Below, piece by piece: positions 11,998 through 24,500 of a DNA stretch of 64,000 bases. Numbering within the stretch: position 1 is the first letter of the stretch; each line of letters opens with the position of its first letter. Location: contig OZ076409.1 of NCBI GenBank assembly GCA_964187785.1, positions 66,342,001-66,406,000 on the forward strand. Reading direction: 5' to 3'. The notes below the pieces were generated by a model, which did not search any database, was not told where the DNA came from, and saw only the letters and a list, made by a program, of their open reading frames with translations. A program made the translations under genes and the position numbers. Origin of the DNA: Amphiscolops sp. MND2022 (lineage: Eukaryota).

Positions 11998-13857
11998 CAC
12001 TGATACTGACATGAATAGAAACATCCTAAACTGTCGTTTGTGCTTTTTAAATAACATTTTTTAATGCTTGGTCATTCATTGTTATCACAAGTTTCAAAGT
12101 AAAAAAGGTTCCAAGCAAGCCAAGTACCTTTAAAAATCATTAGAACAATCAATCACTCATTGCTGACGAATTTTGTTTTTAAAAGCTTGCCAACTTCAAA
12201 AAGCATTTTTTGTGGAATTTTTAGAAAAAGCATAGACGACAAATAACTTGGAAGTTTCGACATGCAAACGCTTGTTTTAAAAGCAAAACGAACCAGTTTT
12301 TCTTTTCATGCGTCCCAACACAGTTCAGCAGTGAATGAAACTGAATAAACTGTTCGCTGCTTCATGTCGAACCTCATGAAAGAAAAAATGGAGCTACACT
12401 CGTTTCTTAATTGTTGATCCGTAAACACTTTCAAAGCTACTGAATTTTGGATAAAACATGCTTTGAAAGTAGAGTTATTTGATTTTCTCAAATTGAAAGC
12501 ACTTTTCGCTGTCTGTAAAGTTGTTTGAATGAACCAGAATGGATTCAAGCACACATTTTGTTTAGAAATTGGATTCATACACTGAAGCAAAACTAGCCTT
12601 TTTCTAAGGTCAATTAAGTGTAAAATGGTTCAGTTCTATAGTGATTGATCTCAGTTCTGCAAAAACTGTTTGAAAAAAAAACAATTTATCTCTTAATAAC
12701 TACGGTTTGGGTTGTTATGTCTCAAGAATAGTGAAAAATTGATGGGAAAATACAAAAAAAAATAATGAATTGCGGTATTTTTATCTCCAGTATTTTTTGG
12801 TCAATAGAAGCTTCATTTCATCAATAGTTGTCAACAGAAAACATCATAATTCCAAAACTGTATTTTCAATCAAGCTTCATAAGCTTAAATTGACCTCGTT
12901 AAATTAATCCTTGTGTAGATTATGTAGAGCATGTTACCACGGTTGTTCACTCACATAACCCACAGGAGTGAAGATTTAGTTGGTTCAAGTCATGTTCAAT
13001 CCGCTAAAAATATTCCAAATTCGAAATTTTCTGATTCATTTTCAATTTTCAGAATATTGCCTCACCGAACACACGAAATTATAATATCGCCTTTTCGTTA
13101 ACATCTCCATGCTTCTTAAAGGTATCAATTATAGTAGTTTAGTGTTTAAATAATAATGTTCAACAATAAGTAATGCAGCAATTTCTATCATTTGGATTCG
13201 ACAGAGACCTTTGGAATATTTATGACCAATGAATGTTTTACTACGTCTTGAATTGTATAATTGAGTATGTTCAATTTTTTACAACGCTCTGCGTTTTAGT
13301 TAGTAACAGAAAAATTGTTAATAAGTCAGTTTTTGAAAGGTTTATAAGATTCCAACAGAATCAAGTGGTGAATTACAAAGGCTATTGATTTACACTTTCC
13401 CAATCAATCTTTGGAAGCGTGTTTAATGTTGCATAAACTTCGCTACAACAAATTTTGAGATGGTTTGATGGGCGTACTTTGTGCTCAAAAGAGAACGCCC
13501 CCTTTTTCAATTACCATCTCCTAATGGAATGTGACACCGCGTGATTATCATCTGAGCCCGAAGTCGCCCTTGAGCGAGAAGAATTTTGAAATGAAATATC
13601 ATTTACTTACTTTCCTTAATTCAAGGGTCGTGCTTTTGAGGAAACCATGTCATTGGTCTACTTTTATTCCAATGTTGACAACGTGATCAAAGTATTGTCT
13701 GTCATATCGGAATTTGGATAATTGAAGCTGTTCAAGACTGATTACTTGAATAACTTGAAACCTTTCTAAGGAGTATCTTGAAATTATCGGTATTGTTTTG
13801 CTTTCAGGCAACAAGGACGACTGATTTGAGCGGGAAAATAGCTGCGGATGCGCAATC

Positions 13858-15273
13858 ATGCCCAGTCGTCGATTCATTTCAAAGCGGGCAGCTGAAAAAG
13901 AGGACGCTCCCGATGAAGCAGAAGCTGCCGGTCCCAAAGAAGAACCGGCGGCAGTGCCGGATGAGAAGCAACCATCTTCTGAAGGTGGCGGGGGTGAAGG
14001 GGAGTCTGAAATGAAACAGGAACCCGCCGGCATCCCACCTGAGACTGCTCCAAGTGGGGGCAACCAAACAGCGCCATCTCCCGCCGCTAAGGGGCCATCA
14101 ATGATGGATAAGATTGAGAAAGATGCGGGAATCGTAGGGAAAGATGCTCTTGAAGCAGGCACCAGTTTGGGCGAGAAGGGAGTGAAATTCACAGAAAAGG
14201 AGACAGGGCTCCCAGGTGCAGTAGTGGTAGGAATTTTCATCCTTGGCGGCCTAATTATATTAGTCATGTTGTATTTTCTATGTACCAAAGTTATATGCAA
14301 GCGAAAGGGTAAAAAAGGTAAGAAGGGGGAGAAAAAGGGTCTGCTTGGAAAAGGGATAGACTTCGCGGGAGGTAACGCGGAGAAAGAGGAAGAGGCAGAA
14401 GGAGAAGCGGGCGGAGAGGAAGAAGAGGAAGAGGAAAAAGCGGAAGAGAAACAGTTTTTAGGGCGACTCAGTTACTCCATGGATTATGATTTCCAAAAGG
14501 GTGAGCTCACAGTTGGTATAATCTCAGCAAGCGACCTAGTTGGTATGGATATGAGCGGAACATCAGATCCCTACGTCAAAGTGTTCCTTATGCCCGACAA
14601 AAAGAAGAAGTTCGAAACCAAAGTCCATCGAAAAACGTTAAACCCGATTTTCAACGAAACGTTCACTTTCAAAGTGGCATTTGCTGAAATCGCCGGTCAA
14701 ACATTAATGATGGCAGTTTACGATTTCGATCGGTTCTCGAAACACGACATGATCGGAAATGTCAAAATCCCTCTGAACTCAGTTGACCTCGGGAGCACTA
14801 TCGAGGATACCAAGGAACTTCAGCCTCCGGATGATGACAAGGAATACTTGGGCGACCTCTGTTTTTCCCTCAGGTTCGTGCCCAAAGCGGGAAAACTCAC
14901 GGTGAACATCCTAGAGGCAAAGAACCTGAAAAAGATGGATGTCGGGGGTTTATCGGATCCCTTTGTGAAGATAGAACTTATGCAAAACGGCAAGAGGGTT
15001 AAAAAGAAGAAGACTACAATCAAAAAACGAACTTTGAACCCTTATTTCAACGAGAGTTTCCTCTTCGAAGTCCCCTTTGAGCAAATAACAAAAACTGATT
15101 TGAAAATTACTGTATTTGATTATGACAAATTGGGATCAAATGACGCGATCGGGGGAATCGAAGTCGGGTATGGGGCTAGTGGGGCCGGATTACGACACTG
15201 GACCGACATGATCAACGCCCCAAGGAGACCTATTGCGCAATGGCACACCTTGCAAGAAGTGGAGGAGAAATAG
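13858..15273 (+). CDS. Syt1: Synaptotagmin-1-like Ca2+ sensor, 471 aa, single coding exon
   Basis: Single TM helix ([22 protein letters not shown]), C2A ([22 protein letters not shown]), C2B ([28 protein letters not shown]), C-terminal [11 protein letters not shown]; in-frame upstream stop at 13822; probable 5'UTR acceptor ending 13807; AATAAA at 15315. Confidence 0.96.
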   Translation: MPSRRFISKRAAEKEDAPDEAEAAGPKEEPAAVPDEKQPSSEGGGGEGESEMKQEPAGIPPETAPSGGNQTAPSPAAKGPSMMDKIEKDAGIVGKDALEAGTSLGEKGVKFTEKETGLPGAVVVGIFILGGLIILVMLYFLCTKVICKRKGKKGKKGEKKGLLGKGIDFAGGNAEKEEEAEGEAGGEEEEEEEKAEEKQFLGRLSYSMDYDFQKGELTVGIISASDLVGMDMSGTSDPYVKVFLMPDKKKKFETKVHRKTLNPIFNETFTFKVAFAEIAGQTLMMAVYDFDRFSKHDMIGNVKIPLNSVDLGSTIEDTKELQPPDDDKEYLGDLCFSLRFVPKAGKLTVNILEAKNLKKMDVGGLSDPFVKIELMQNGKRVKKKKTTIKKRTLNPYFNESFLFEVPFEQITKTDLKITVFDYDKLGSNDAIGGIEVGYGASGAGLRHWTDMINAPRRPIAQWHTLQEVEEK

Positions 15274-15610
15274 GAAGTAATTTTGAACATGTGGAAGCCA
15301 TTTTGAAATGCACCAATAAACTTGACTCACATAAAATTCTTTTATCATCAATTTATAGCGAGCGCGTCGAATTCAATCAATTGTAAAGTTACAATCATGC
15401 TACAATAATACACAAAATGTGGATTATTTTCCTTCAAAAAAGACAAGTATAGATTAATCAATTTCAACTACCTCCCGATAAATTAGATTTACTCGATTAA
15501 ATTATGGAAATAAGAAATCGTGCTTTCCTAAAATCCTCAGACGACTTCAAAATATTCCACATTACATCTGCTGTTGACAAGTCTTTATTTTCCAGGAATG
15601 AAGGGAAATC

Positions 15611-15993
15611 GGCTCTTTTCTGCCACTACCCCACCGTGAAAATTTTTGATAGTAAATTTCTTTAAAAAATTTCAGACTAGCCTAATTGAAAGTATAACCT
15701 TTTTTCATAACAGGAGGTTAACATCTATTAGAATACTTTTTTGTTTGAACTAACCATTTTTCACCCATTTTGATTATAATTATGTTCGTATTAACTGTTT
15801 TTCTGACTCTTTATTAAGAATGCGTCACTTGATAGGCAAAAATGGTGTGAACAAAGTTTGTATCTCCATTCTAAACTTTCGCCCCGGAAATAAGCTTTAA
15901 GTTGAAGATTTCTGGTTTGTATTCAAGTCTTTTTATGATATTTTCACAAATTTTACTCAAAAATTTTGATGGTGAGGGGGACAGAAAAGAGCC
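15611..15993. mobile_element. MITE with GG termini and 8-bp TSD (Merlin-like by inference)
   Basis: ggctcttttctg...cagaaaagagcc with imperfect inverted extension to about 38 bp; exact direct repeat gggaaatc at 15603-15610 and 15994-16001. Confidence 0.85.
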
Positions 15994-16971
15994 GGGAAAT
16001 CTTGATTATAGTCCTATTATTATTGGAGCATTTATTCCTGCAGGATTTTAAAATTCTGGTCAACAAGTATTTAGTTTTAGGAACGGGGAATCAATTAGGT
16101 TCGAGATTTTCCATTGCATAATTCTACTTCGATAGTTCTTCCAAATTTGATTGTTCTGTATCAAAAATATCATTGTTTCTGTATGAACAAAAAATGAAGT
16201 TTCGATTTCACCAGTTCTCTCAGAGTCTTGAAAATCTCAAAGATGACATCAAGTGAAGATTTGTCCATAATTCGGGGTGGAAAATAGCATTATGACCAAT
16301 TTAAAATCCAGGAATTTCAGGAAGCAATTCTCCAGAAGAACAGTGCATTATTTTCTATTTGTTACCCAAAAGTTGAGCCCGATCCAACTTTTCTTAATGC
16401 CTATTTACTTTCATATTCAGAAGCAATCACTGTAATTTTTAATTAATAAGTTAATTATATTAATTATTACTAATTTTGATGTCTTCTATCCATAGCGATG
16501 GTGTTTTTGTATTGTATTGAGCTTCTTTTTGACTATGTTGAATGATATCGGAAGATTCCAAAAAACTAAATTACAATAACATTTTTCACTCACTCACAGG
16601 TTGTTGTATCTATGACTGAATGTGTATAGCTATTTTACTTTCTAATCCATCAATCAATAATTCGCTATTGAACCGTTGTAAAAAGTGTTCGAATAAATTA
16701 TAGAAACACTTTGTTTTCAAATGCCTTTTGAAGAATGCATCAGCTGAAATTAACTTCCTCATTAAGAAAACATTTTTCAGTTTTGGCCTCTAAAAAGCTA
16801 ATATTAAAATTTTCTACAAAGGAATTTGAAATACTGTACCCTCGAAATTACACCAGCGCCTCGAATGCCATTCTGTAATGACTTGATAATGAGATGACTA
16901 TCTTTAACAGCAAGCAACCTTCCGGACTCCAAATTTTTTTTCAGACAACCACTTAGAACTGCGGTATTTTC

Positions 16972-17720
16972 CGTACGGCGACAACTCGTATCAAGCGGCA
17001 ACTCATATCAGGCGACAACTGATATCAATCAAAACCTATATCAGGAAATTAAAATCTATAGAAGAAAATTTATTCCAAATTATTCTTTCGATAATTAGAG
17101 AAAATTAGATAATTGATAAGTAATTAATGGAAATTATAAAATAGTAATAAGATTTTATAGTAAATATTAGTGTAACTTTGGAACTTCTCATTGCATTTAA
17201 TTATAAGTTGTTCTTGATTATAATTTAGGTATTTGTAACCTATTAGCAAACCTGACGTGAGTTGTCGTTTTTTCCTAATTGGTATGAGTTATTATTTTCC
17301 GACCCCACATTTTACAAATGGGGGAGGAAAATCATGAACTGTGACGCGTTTTTTTCCAAATTCTGCCAAAATTCCACTTGGTTATCTCCATCCACTTGAC
17401 TATCTGTACCACTTGATATCTATCCACTTGCCTCTGACTAGTTTAGAGCGGGAATAGGGAATAATATCTAAAGTCAAAAAAGGGGAAAAGATCTAAAATT
17501 TCAGGACGGGAATAAGATCTTAAAGATCTAAAGGGAATAAGATCTAAAATCACTAAATTTTATATCTTATTCTTTAGATTCTATTCCCCCCTCCCAAAAT
17601 AGCTATGGCTCAGTTGATCAAGGCGAAAATATGTTGTTTGATATGAGTTGTCGCTTTTTCAAATTGATATGAGTTGTTGCCTGATATGAGCTGTCGCTTG
17701 ATATGACTTGTCGCTCTGCC
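16972..17720. mobile_element. MITE with subterminal gcgacaactcatatca repeats
   Basis: Tandem about 17-bp units inverted at the two ends; second copy at 36717-37220; TSD not clear in this copy. Confidence 0.75.
17295..17639 (+). mobile_element. Family B element nested in the MITE
   Basis: ttttccg...gggggaggaaaatcat...ttttttccaaattctgc matches the 4868 copy; absent from the 36717 MITE copy; 3' end eroded. Confidence 0.65.
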
Positions 17721-17966
17721 CGGAACTTTTTTAGTGACGGCGTAATCTCAAAATTTAAACGTAGCTAAACAAATTCGGAATCTAGTTTGACATTTTTGAT
17801 TCAAATCATTCTTTTGTTAATGGAAAATACAAATATGCGAAATAGCTAAAAGTTTTGTTGAAATCTGAGAAAACCCATACTCAAAAATGAGCGCTGTAAA
17901 TACTCATACCCACAAAAACAACCAAAAATTTTCAACGAATTGCATCAAACAAAACAGTCGAAAATT

Positions 17967-18570
17967 GGGAAGTGAAGCTTTCGCCGCCAGATATTTCGAC
18001 GTCAGAAGGTTTGTCTTAGGAAGTTTCGTCGTATTAGCAAATCCAGAAATTTCGTCGTCAGAAATTTCGTCGCCAAAAATTTCGCCGTACTGAACAAAAT
18101 TAACAGCGTTCACGAAAAGCTAACATTTGAGTTAATCAATTATTTAGGTATTAAAATGGTTTTTGAGAACAAGTTTCATTCTGACACCAGAATTGAGTCA
18201 AAAAGTGATTGCATTGAATCAACACATCAAGACGTTATTGAGGAGTGGTATATTTTGTCTGAAAATGTCAAAACTCCGGGTAATGTTTGCTTCAAGTGTC
18301 GAAATAACTTAGTGTTGGGAGGATATAAGAAGTAAGGTGCATCTAGGACGGGAGGGATAAGGAACACTGCACTAAACCTTTTCTCTTGAAACCATAAATA
18401 AAAGTAGTCAATAAAAGCGATAAGTGACCCGATAAGCAAAACAATCAAGACTCGAAACTTACTAAGACCCAAAAATAAAAGACGATTCCTAATAGCTTAG
18501 ATAAAACTGACCGTAATTACCGACGACACAAACTCTGATGACCAAATTTCTGACGACAAAATTTCCTACA
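17967..18570. mobile_element. MITE-like element with inverted 15-bp subterminal repeats
   Basis: agaaatttcgtcgtc units at left; gacgacaaaatttc-type units inverted at right; related units at 363-455. Ends approximate. Confidence 0.5.
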
Positions 18571-18607
18571 AGGGAATTTAGAAAGAAGAAAGTTTGTTTT
18601 TCAGTTC

Positions 18608-20264
18608 AGTAATGAGTATCCTGCTCATTCTCATATCCAGTCAGATTACGCTGGAACTCATCTCTCGAATGGCTTCTAGCTTTGGGGTTGAGATTTCCTT
18701 CGGACCTATATTCCGGTCTCCTAGTCGGAACGTTCCAACGTTCCATCCCTTTTGAGGCTTCTGCCCGGAATCGGACCTAAGCGAGGCTTGAATTTGTCGC
18801 AACACTTGTTCATTAATTGCTTCACTTATAGCCCTTTGAACTCACGCTACTGATCAGATCAATCTTTTCTTGAGTAATCTTCTGAATAAGCTCTCCTGAC
18901 AGCCTATTTATCTCGCTACTAGAATCTACATTTCTTGAATTATGGCCATTTCCGGCAAAACCTCCTGATCTCATTCTCACCAGCATTACAGTGAGAGTTC
19001 GTGTTGTGGTCTACTAATGCTTCGTAACTAGGACTTTCAGGCCTTCCAGTTTAATTTCCGAACTCGCTATCCTCTCTTTCAAAGTGGTTGCCACCAAGCA
19101 TTATAACAAAATTTTCTAAGTCTGATAGAATCTCAGCTTCTCCAGATTTCCTAGCCTTTTTTTGGTTTCTTGTAGTAAGCATTTAAAAATGATCGATTTG
19201 AAATACTTGAAATCCATTCGAAAAACTTGTATTCATTTAGGTTTGAGCGCTGATGTAGTTCGGAATAATTGTGGCAGCCCAGAGGTTTAAGAGTACATAT
19301 ACCCACTTCGACATGACACTCACATTTTTGTATTACAAGGTCAACAAGTTTGACATACTTTTAGTACTAGAATTCAATAAACGACACCTGGCCAAATTGT
19401 TTTATTTACATCAAAGTGTCGGAGGAGTTTGAATATCGCATCAAGCTGAACACTACACATAAGCCTGTGCAAATCTGCGTACCTCAGTGGTCATGTGTGA
19501 GTATTACTTTACAAAACTTGCGTAACCAGATTAGTATCACTATGGTCTAATGGGACTACTTGGTTAAGAGAATGCATGCGTCTCGTGGCATGCACCGGCT
19601 GATGGACAGGTACCTGGTCTTTCATGTTAATAAGCATCAACCAACTTAAAGGGCAACTGCAAACATTTGGAGGTACAAATAAGCACTTCTATATTTAACA
19701 CAAGAGAAAAGAAAGGTGTCATCAGCACGCTGGTACTACTTAGTGTTTGGTCGCAATTTGGCCTGAACCGGCCTTTTCCCTTCTTTTATTATGATAGCAG
19801 CGTAGTTTAATCAAATGTCCTAACCCGACAATTACACCGAAGTACAATTGCAGCAGAAAGAATCGTTAGCTCCGATTGGCTATTTGCCTAACTTCAAGCA
19901 ACGACGTAGAGAGAGTACTCTAGCACACTTAAACTCGTTTCTTTTGCGTCGTTAAGTTTGAATAAAAATTATCAGGTATTCAGCACCTTTCTGTTCAAAA
20001 TTTGAGCAACTCAATCAGCAATGTTTACAGACTAATTTAAGTACTTACCTCAACAGTTTTACATATCAAACTAGTTTGTATTACCTCCAGAAAGTATATC
20101 AGTTCTTACTAACATAATAAAAGTTCTTACAAAAAGGAAGCTTTCCCGGGACAATTTTTCGTCCCACTGCTGTTGTAGAATACTGTGAGCCAACACTTGC
20201 GGCAGCCTGCCATTCTGTGGTTGGAAGTAACTAAAATGACACAGTATGAGCCCATTCTGATACA
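18608..20264 (-). repeat. Long LTR, 3' copy
   Basis: Colinear with 27892-29499 over about 1.6 kb up to about 20210, plus about 50 extra bp starting TG right after the PPT. Confidence 0.8.
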
Positions 20265-20269
20265 CTTCC

Positions 20270-20852
20270 CTCCTCAATCTGGTAACATAGTCGGGTTCGT
20301 CTCTCAGAGTCGACCTTCTCATGTAGTTGTCGATATTCTCCCTTTTGATTGCATCGAGCGATCTCCGGCACACAATGCAGCCAGTTTATTTTTTCGTGCT
20401 CAAGTTTTCGTGAGGGACAGTACTCTGAGTATTATAGGAAGACCTAAAGTCTACACTAAGCGGCTGAGTTAGCGGATCTCTAGCACTGGTCCTCTTTCGT
20501 GCGGTGGATGGAACATAGGAGTGTCCGCCACAAAAACTAGTGTTTTGCAAAGCTGAATTTTCCTTTTAGCATGTTCTTTTGCAGGGGCGCAACGGAGTTT
20601 ATCGTCAAAAGACTCACGGCCCAATTTTCGGGTTGTGTCCAATTCCGGCCGGCTTGTGCTTGGCCTAGCCTTTTCGGTTGTCATCATTCGTCCTCGGATT
20701 AGCATAGGGCTTGAAACTACCTCTGACTCAACACGCATGACAAACTCTTCCGTCTCTGTTGACCAATCCGAGTCCCAACCGTCGGAGAATACCTCGCCTT
20801 CATCGCTGGAGATTTAGATGACGGAGCCGGTCGAGGACTGTGAACTCACTGT
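20270..20852 (-). pseudogene. Decayed accessory ORF just upstream of the PPT
   Basis: Frame of ORF 20469-20738 reads on through isolated stops: SSQSSTGSVI*ISSDEGEVFSDGWDSDWSTETEEFVMRVESEV...; GC content above flanks. Confidence 0.4.
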
Positions 20853-21579
20853 GCCAAAGAGTTTCCTTGTTCTATTTGAGGGATTTTAGACGATTCGTTT
20901 TTAGCAGAAGTGAAGGTGGAAAGAATTCGTTGATATTCTCAAACTAAGTCCAGTAAGGCGTTCTACCGGCAATTACCAATTTGGCACTTCAGCCTCTAAT
21001 AAATTGCCCCGAGTTGGCATAAATTGTAGAAATGGAGTTTTTCGTTGTCGGCGTCTTTTGAATTCTGATTGTTTATCCCTCATCATCGGCTACTTCAAGA
21101 GAGGCGTGGAAGAGTTTTCGAGTTGTTTTCATCATAGCAACTCAACTCAAGAGGGTAACTAACGGCTTGCGTCGCGAAAATTTCTCAAAATTGCTTCATC
21201 CAATCAATTTCATCCGTTGATAAAATGAAAAATGAATAGTAAAATGACAGAAATATGAAATACCTTAAAATAATAATTATTGGAGTTAATTCTAATAAAC
21301 ATAGAATGAAAGAAACTGGACGAAACGAAAAAACTAAACAGTAAATATTTTAGGCAGACTCCAAAACATTTCACTGGCAGACTCCATGCACAACTGAAAT
21401 ATGTAATAAATGCCCGCAAAATATTAGTCTGATAACTTTCTTCAGCCATGAACTCGAACCTTATAGTTTCCATTGTTATTTGTTCCAATTCCCATTTCAA
21501 CTGTTTCACTGTTACATTCGCACACAATCCCTCTCGTCACAGCCTTAATCTGTGATTTGTTCCGGTCCGATTATCTGGC

Positions 21580-24500
21580 ATTCCTCTGCCAAGGAAGCAT
21601 ACCGCCAAAGTTTATCTCCTTCTTTTCAGAAAGTCATACCGAAGAAAGGCATCAGACACCAGACACGTGCCTGAGCCCAGTGCCTGTTGAAGAACAAGCC
21701 CCAGCAACAGCAGCACCTCCAATTCAGCCTCAGACTCCGAGATCACCTGTGAGCGATAATAGCGAGGATGTCGTCAATGTTTTTCCACTGAAGATCTAGT
21801 GAAGTCAAAGGAAAAGGCTTTCAATATTGAATCGCCTGAGATGCCGGAAACGACAGAGCAGGGTGATCAAACTCTCCCACAGGCTCCCACAGAGTTGCCC
21901 CAGATCCCAGGTCAGGTGAGGTCGAGCACTCCACTCCCAACAGATAGAAAAGTAGACCTGTCGACCAGTCTATCAAATTTGCAATCTGTCTTGAGGGTGG
22001 CAATTACCTCGGGGTCTAAACTGCCTGAATTGGTCCTGGCTACGCCGACCTTTGGAGAAGAGATTGTCACGCTGACCACTGGAGAGAAGACTGTCACGCC
22101 ACAGGCCACCGACGATGAAACTATTTCTTCCATCTGTGACGTCCCTGCTTTAACGGGAAATGAAATTCAGGTCAAATACCTCATTTATCCTAGTGAGAGT
22201 GAGAAGACAGGAGATGACACCAGTGAATTGAGTAGTTCCTTCCCTTTCGTCCGTCGAGCAGGAGGTGCTGAGTCTGGAACTGAGGGAGGTGATGAATACG
22301 GTTTTGACATTCGGCCTGACCATCTATGTGAATCCTCCAGCGGAACAGGCAATTCCGGAGTAGGAAAGAACCATGTATTATCTGGGCGAAGGTGGGCCAT
22401 TCAAAAGCAAAACTTCGACGACAGTCACCCATTGTCGCTCCCTATCGAGCAACCTACCGTAGCCTTCAGTGAGCTGCAGATTTAACACCTGAAGATATTG
22501 ACCGATGAGACTCTCAGCATGTTGTACTCTACGATGGAACAATTGGTTCTGGGGCAGTAAAAGGGACTCGGGCAACAGCACAATCCAGAACCGAACTAAC
22601 ATTTCCGGATCAAGAGCCCGGCTGAAACTCCACGACGGCATTCTGACAGTGATTCTAGTGCCGGTGGGCTAGAGAGTGACCTCCTATCACTTCTCGGGAC
22701 ATCGAGGACTGGTGGATATGAAGAAGTGATTGTTATGTCTGGTCTTTTGGAATCCGATAGTGCAGGCGAAATGGTCCTGATCGCTCAGTCTTTCCAGAAG
22801 GCCTCAGCTACAGTAGTCATGTCGGCCGTTCCTGAAACCCGGACGTTTGCTGAGGCTGTGGAAAACATCGAGTAAAGTGTGATGAGTGGTCCTGACGAGA
22901 CTCTGTCACAACTATGGGACGAGGCCCCCACATATAGAGCTCAAACTGGCCCAACATCTAAGATTGCTAAAGGGCAAAAAAAGGGACCACAACGATGTGT
23001 CCTAAAGGGAAAAGAGTGTTTCTCAAAAATAGGATTGACGCGTTCTTTCATCTCCGGACCTGCCGATCCCCTATACAACCCATAAATGGTGAGGTGCCAT
23101 ATCTGTTAAAAGAATTTCTCGATTAAGACCAAAGGGCCTTTTGGAATGCTTCGACACAACAGGATGGAGAAGCACTTGAGGCGCGACCAAACGTGGCGAT
23201 ATGAACTTTTGAAGAGCGAGGTCCTAGTGACCGGAAAGTTTTAACATCGATTCAGAGGCCTGACATATCAAAAGTTCTGACATATCAAATTGAAAAAGGA
23301 GCACCCAAACTTTATGCACGCTGAATAGTGGATATAGGGGAACGTTTTACCTTTTAGGAATACTTTCGGAGAGAAAACCCTTCAGCCCTGATAACTCCTG
23401 ATTCACGAGCCAGGACCCAGATTTGCCTCATAGCCGATTCCGTACAAACTCATGCCGACATATCACTTCTCCGTAATCTATGGTCAAGGGTCAGTTCCTT
23501 CACCAACTACCACGCCACCCTGTGTGAGTTTGATTGGCTGAACAACGACTCACCGTTGGTATCGTTTTTTGAAATCCCTGTGGGAAATTAGGTCACATCT
23601 GTATGGTTAGGTTTCCTTTTCAGGCCATGTTCCAACATTTCTACACTTGTGCCATGCAAGACATCGTCGAGCACGTGGCAACTGAGCAGTACTGCTCAGT
23701 AGAGTTCGAGGACCTCGGGACCAACAGATTCAAGACAGTCCGCATCTGGAGGGGTGATAGCTTGTGTAATGTCTTCGTATGTCAAAGTGCCCTCCCGTTT
23801 ACGAGGCTGGCCGGCGAACTAGGATGTTTGTCCCAATTGCTTTCCGTCGTCTCCACTAAGGCTGATATAGTAGCCTGCTCCGGCTGCGTAGTCGATTTCG
23901 TCCGAACCATCAGTCACTGTACTTACTTCAGTCGAGGTGTCCAATGTTACCACCGTTTCGAGACGATGTACCTGAGCACCCTCAAGCATAAGCTACAGTG
24001 CGTTTGGCCGCATAGATTTCTTCTCGGTCCTGAGAGCCCTGATGGTTTCGCATGGGGGCTCGCTTCACGAGGACTGGGTCCTAGGATTCCTTGAGTTAAC
24101 ACGAGTAAGTGCTTTTGGTTAACTCATAGTTGAGATCAGTTAGATGCATGAATGAATCCTAAATTCCATTCTTCTTCACACTCCTTCGTAGCCCCACTTT
24201 TTCTCAGGTCCATTGAGTGGAGATTCTTCCTATAAAAGTTGGTTCTACTTCGGGTATCTCGACTTGCAAGCTCGACATCCAGACTCTCCCTGCGCCCTGC
24301 CGCGAGCTCATTACTCAGTGGAAGGAGGTTCGCCGCTACCTCCCACCTGCTCTCCTCGAAAGGAAATGCAAGGAGTCCGAGACCGTGTAAGAGGTCTTTC
24401 TTGAAATCGAATCAAACCATGGGTTGCTTCGTTTTAGTTCTAAGTGGGTGGTTGTTCTTGAGAGTTAACAATGGTCTGAGTTCAGTCTCGGTCTGTTATA

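Noticed and set aside
13053..13121. Candidate 5'UTR exon of Syt1 (ttttcag...aag/gtatca)
   Set aside because: Splice-like signals alone are common in AT-rich DNA; needs transcript data
13650..14300. 216-aa minus-strand ORF
   Set aside because: Antisense shadow of the synaptotagmin CDS
16972..18100. Short regularly spaced repeats resembling a CRISPR array
   Set aside because: No unique spacers or cas genes, eukaryotic context; explained as MITE subterminal repeats
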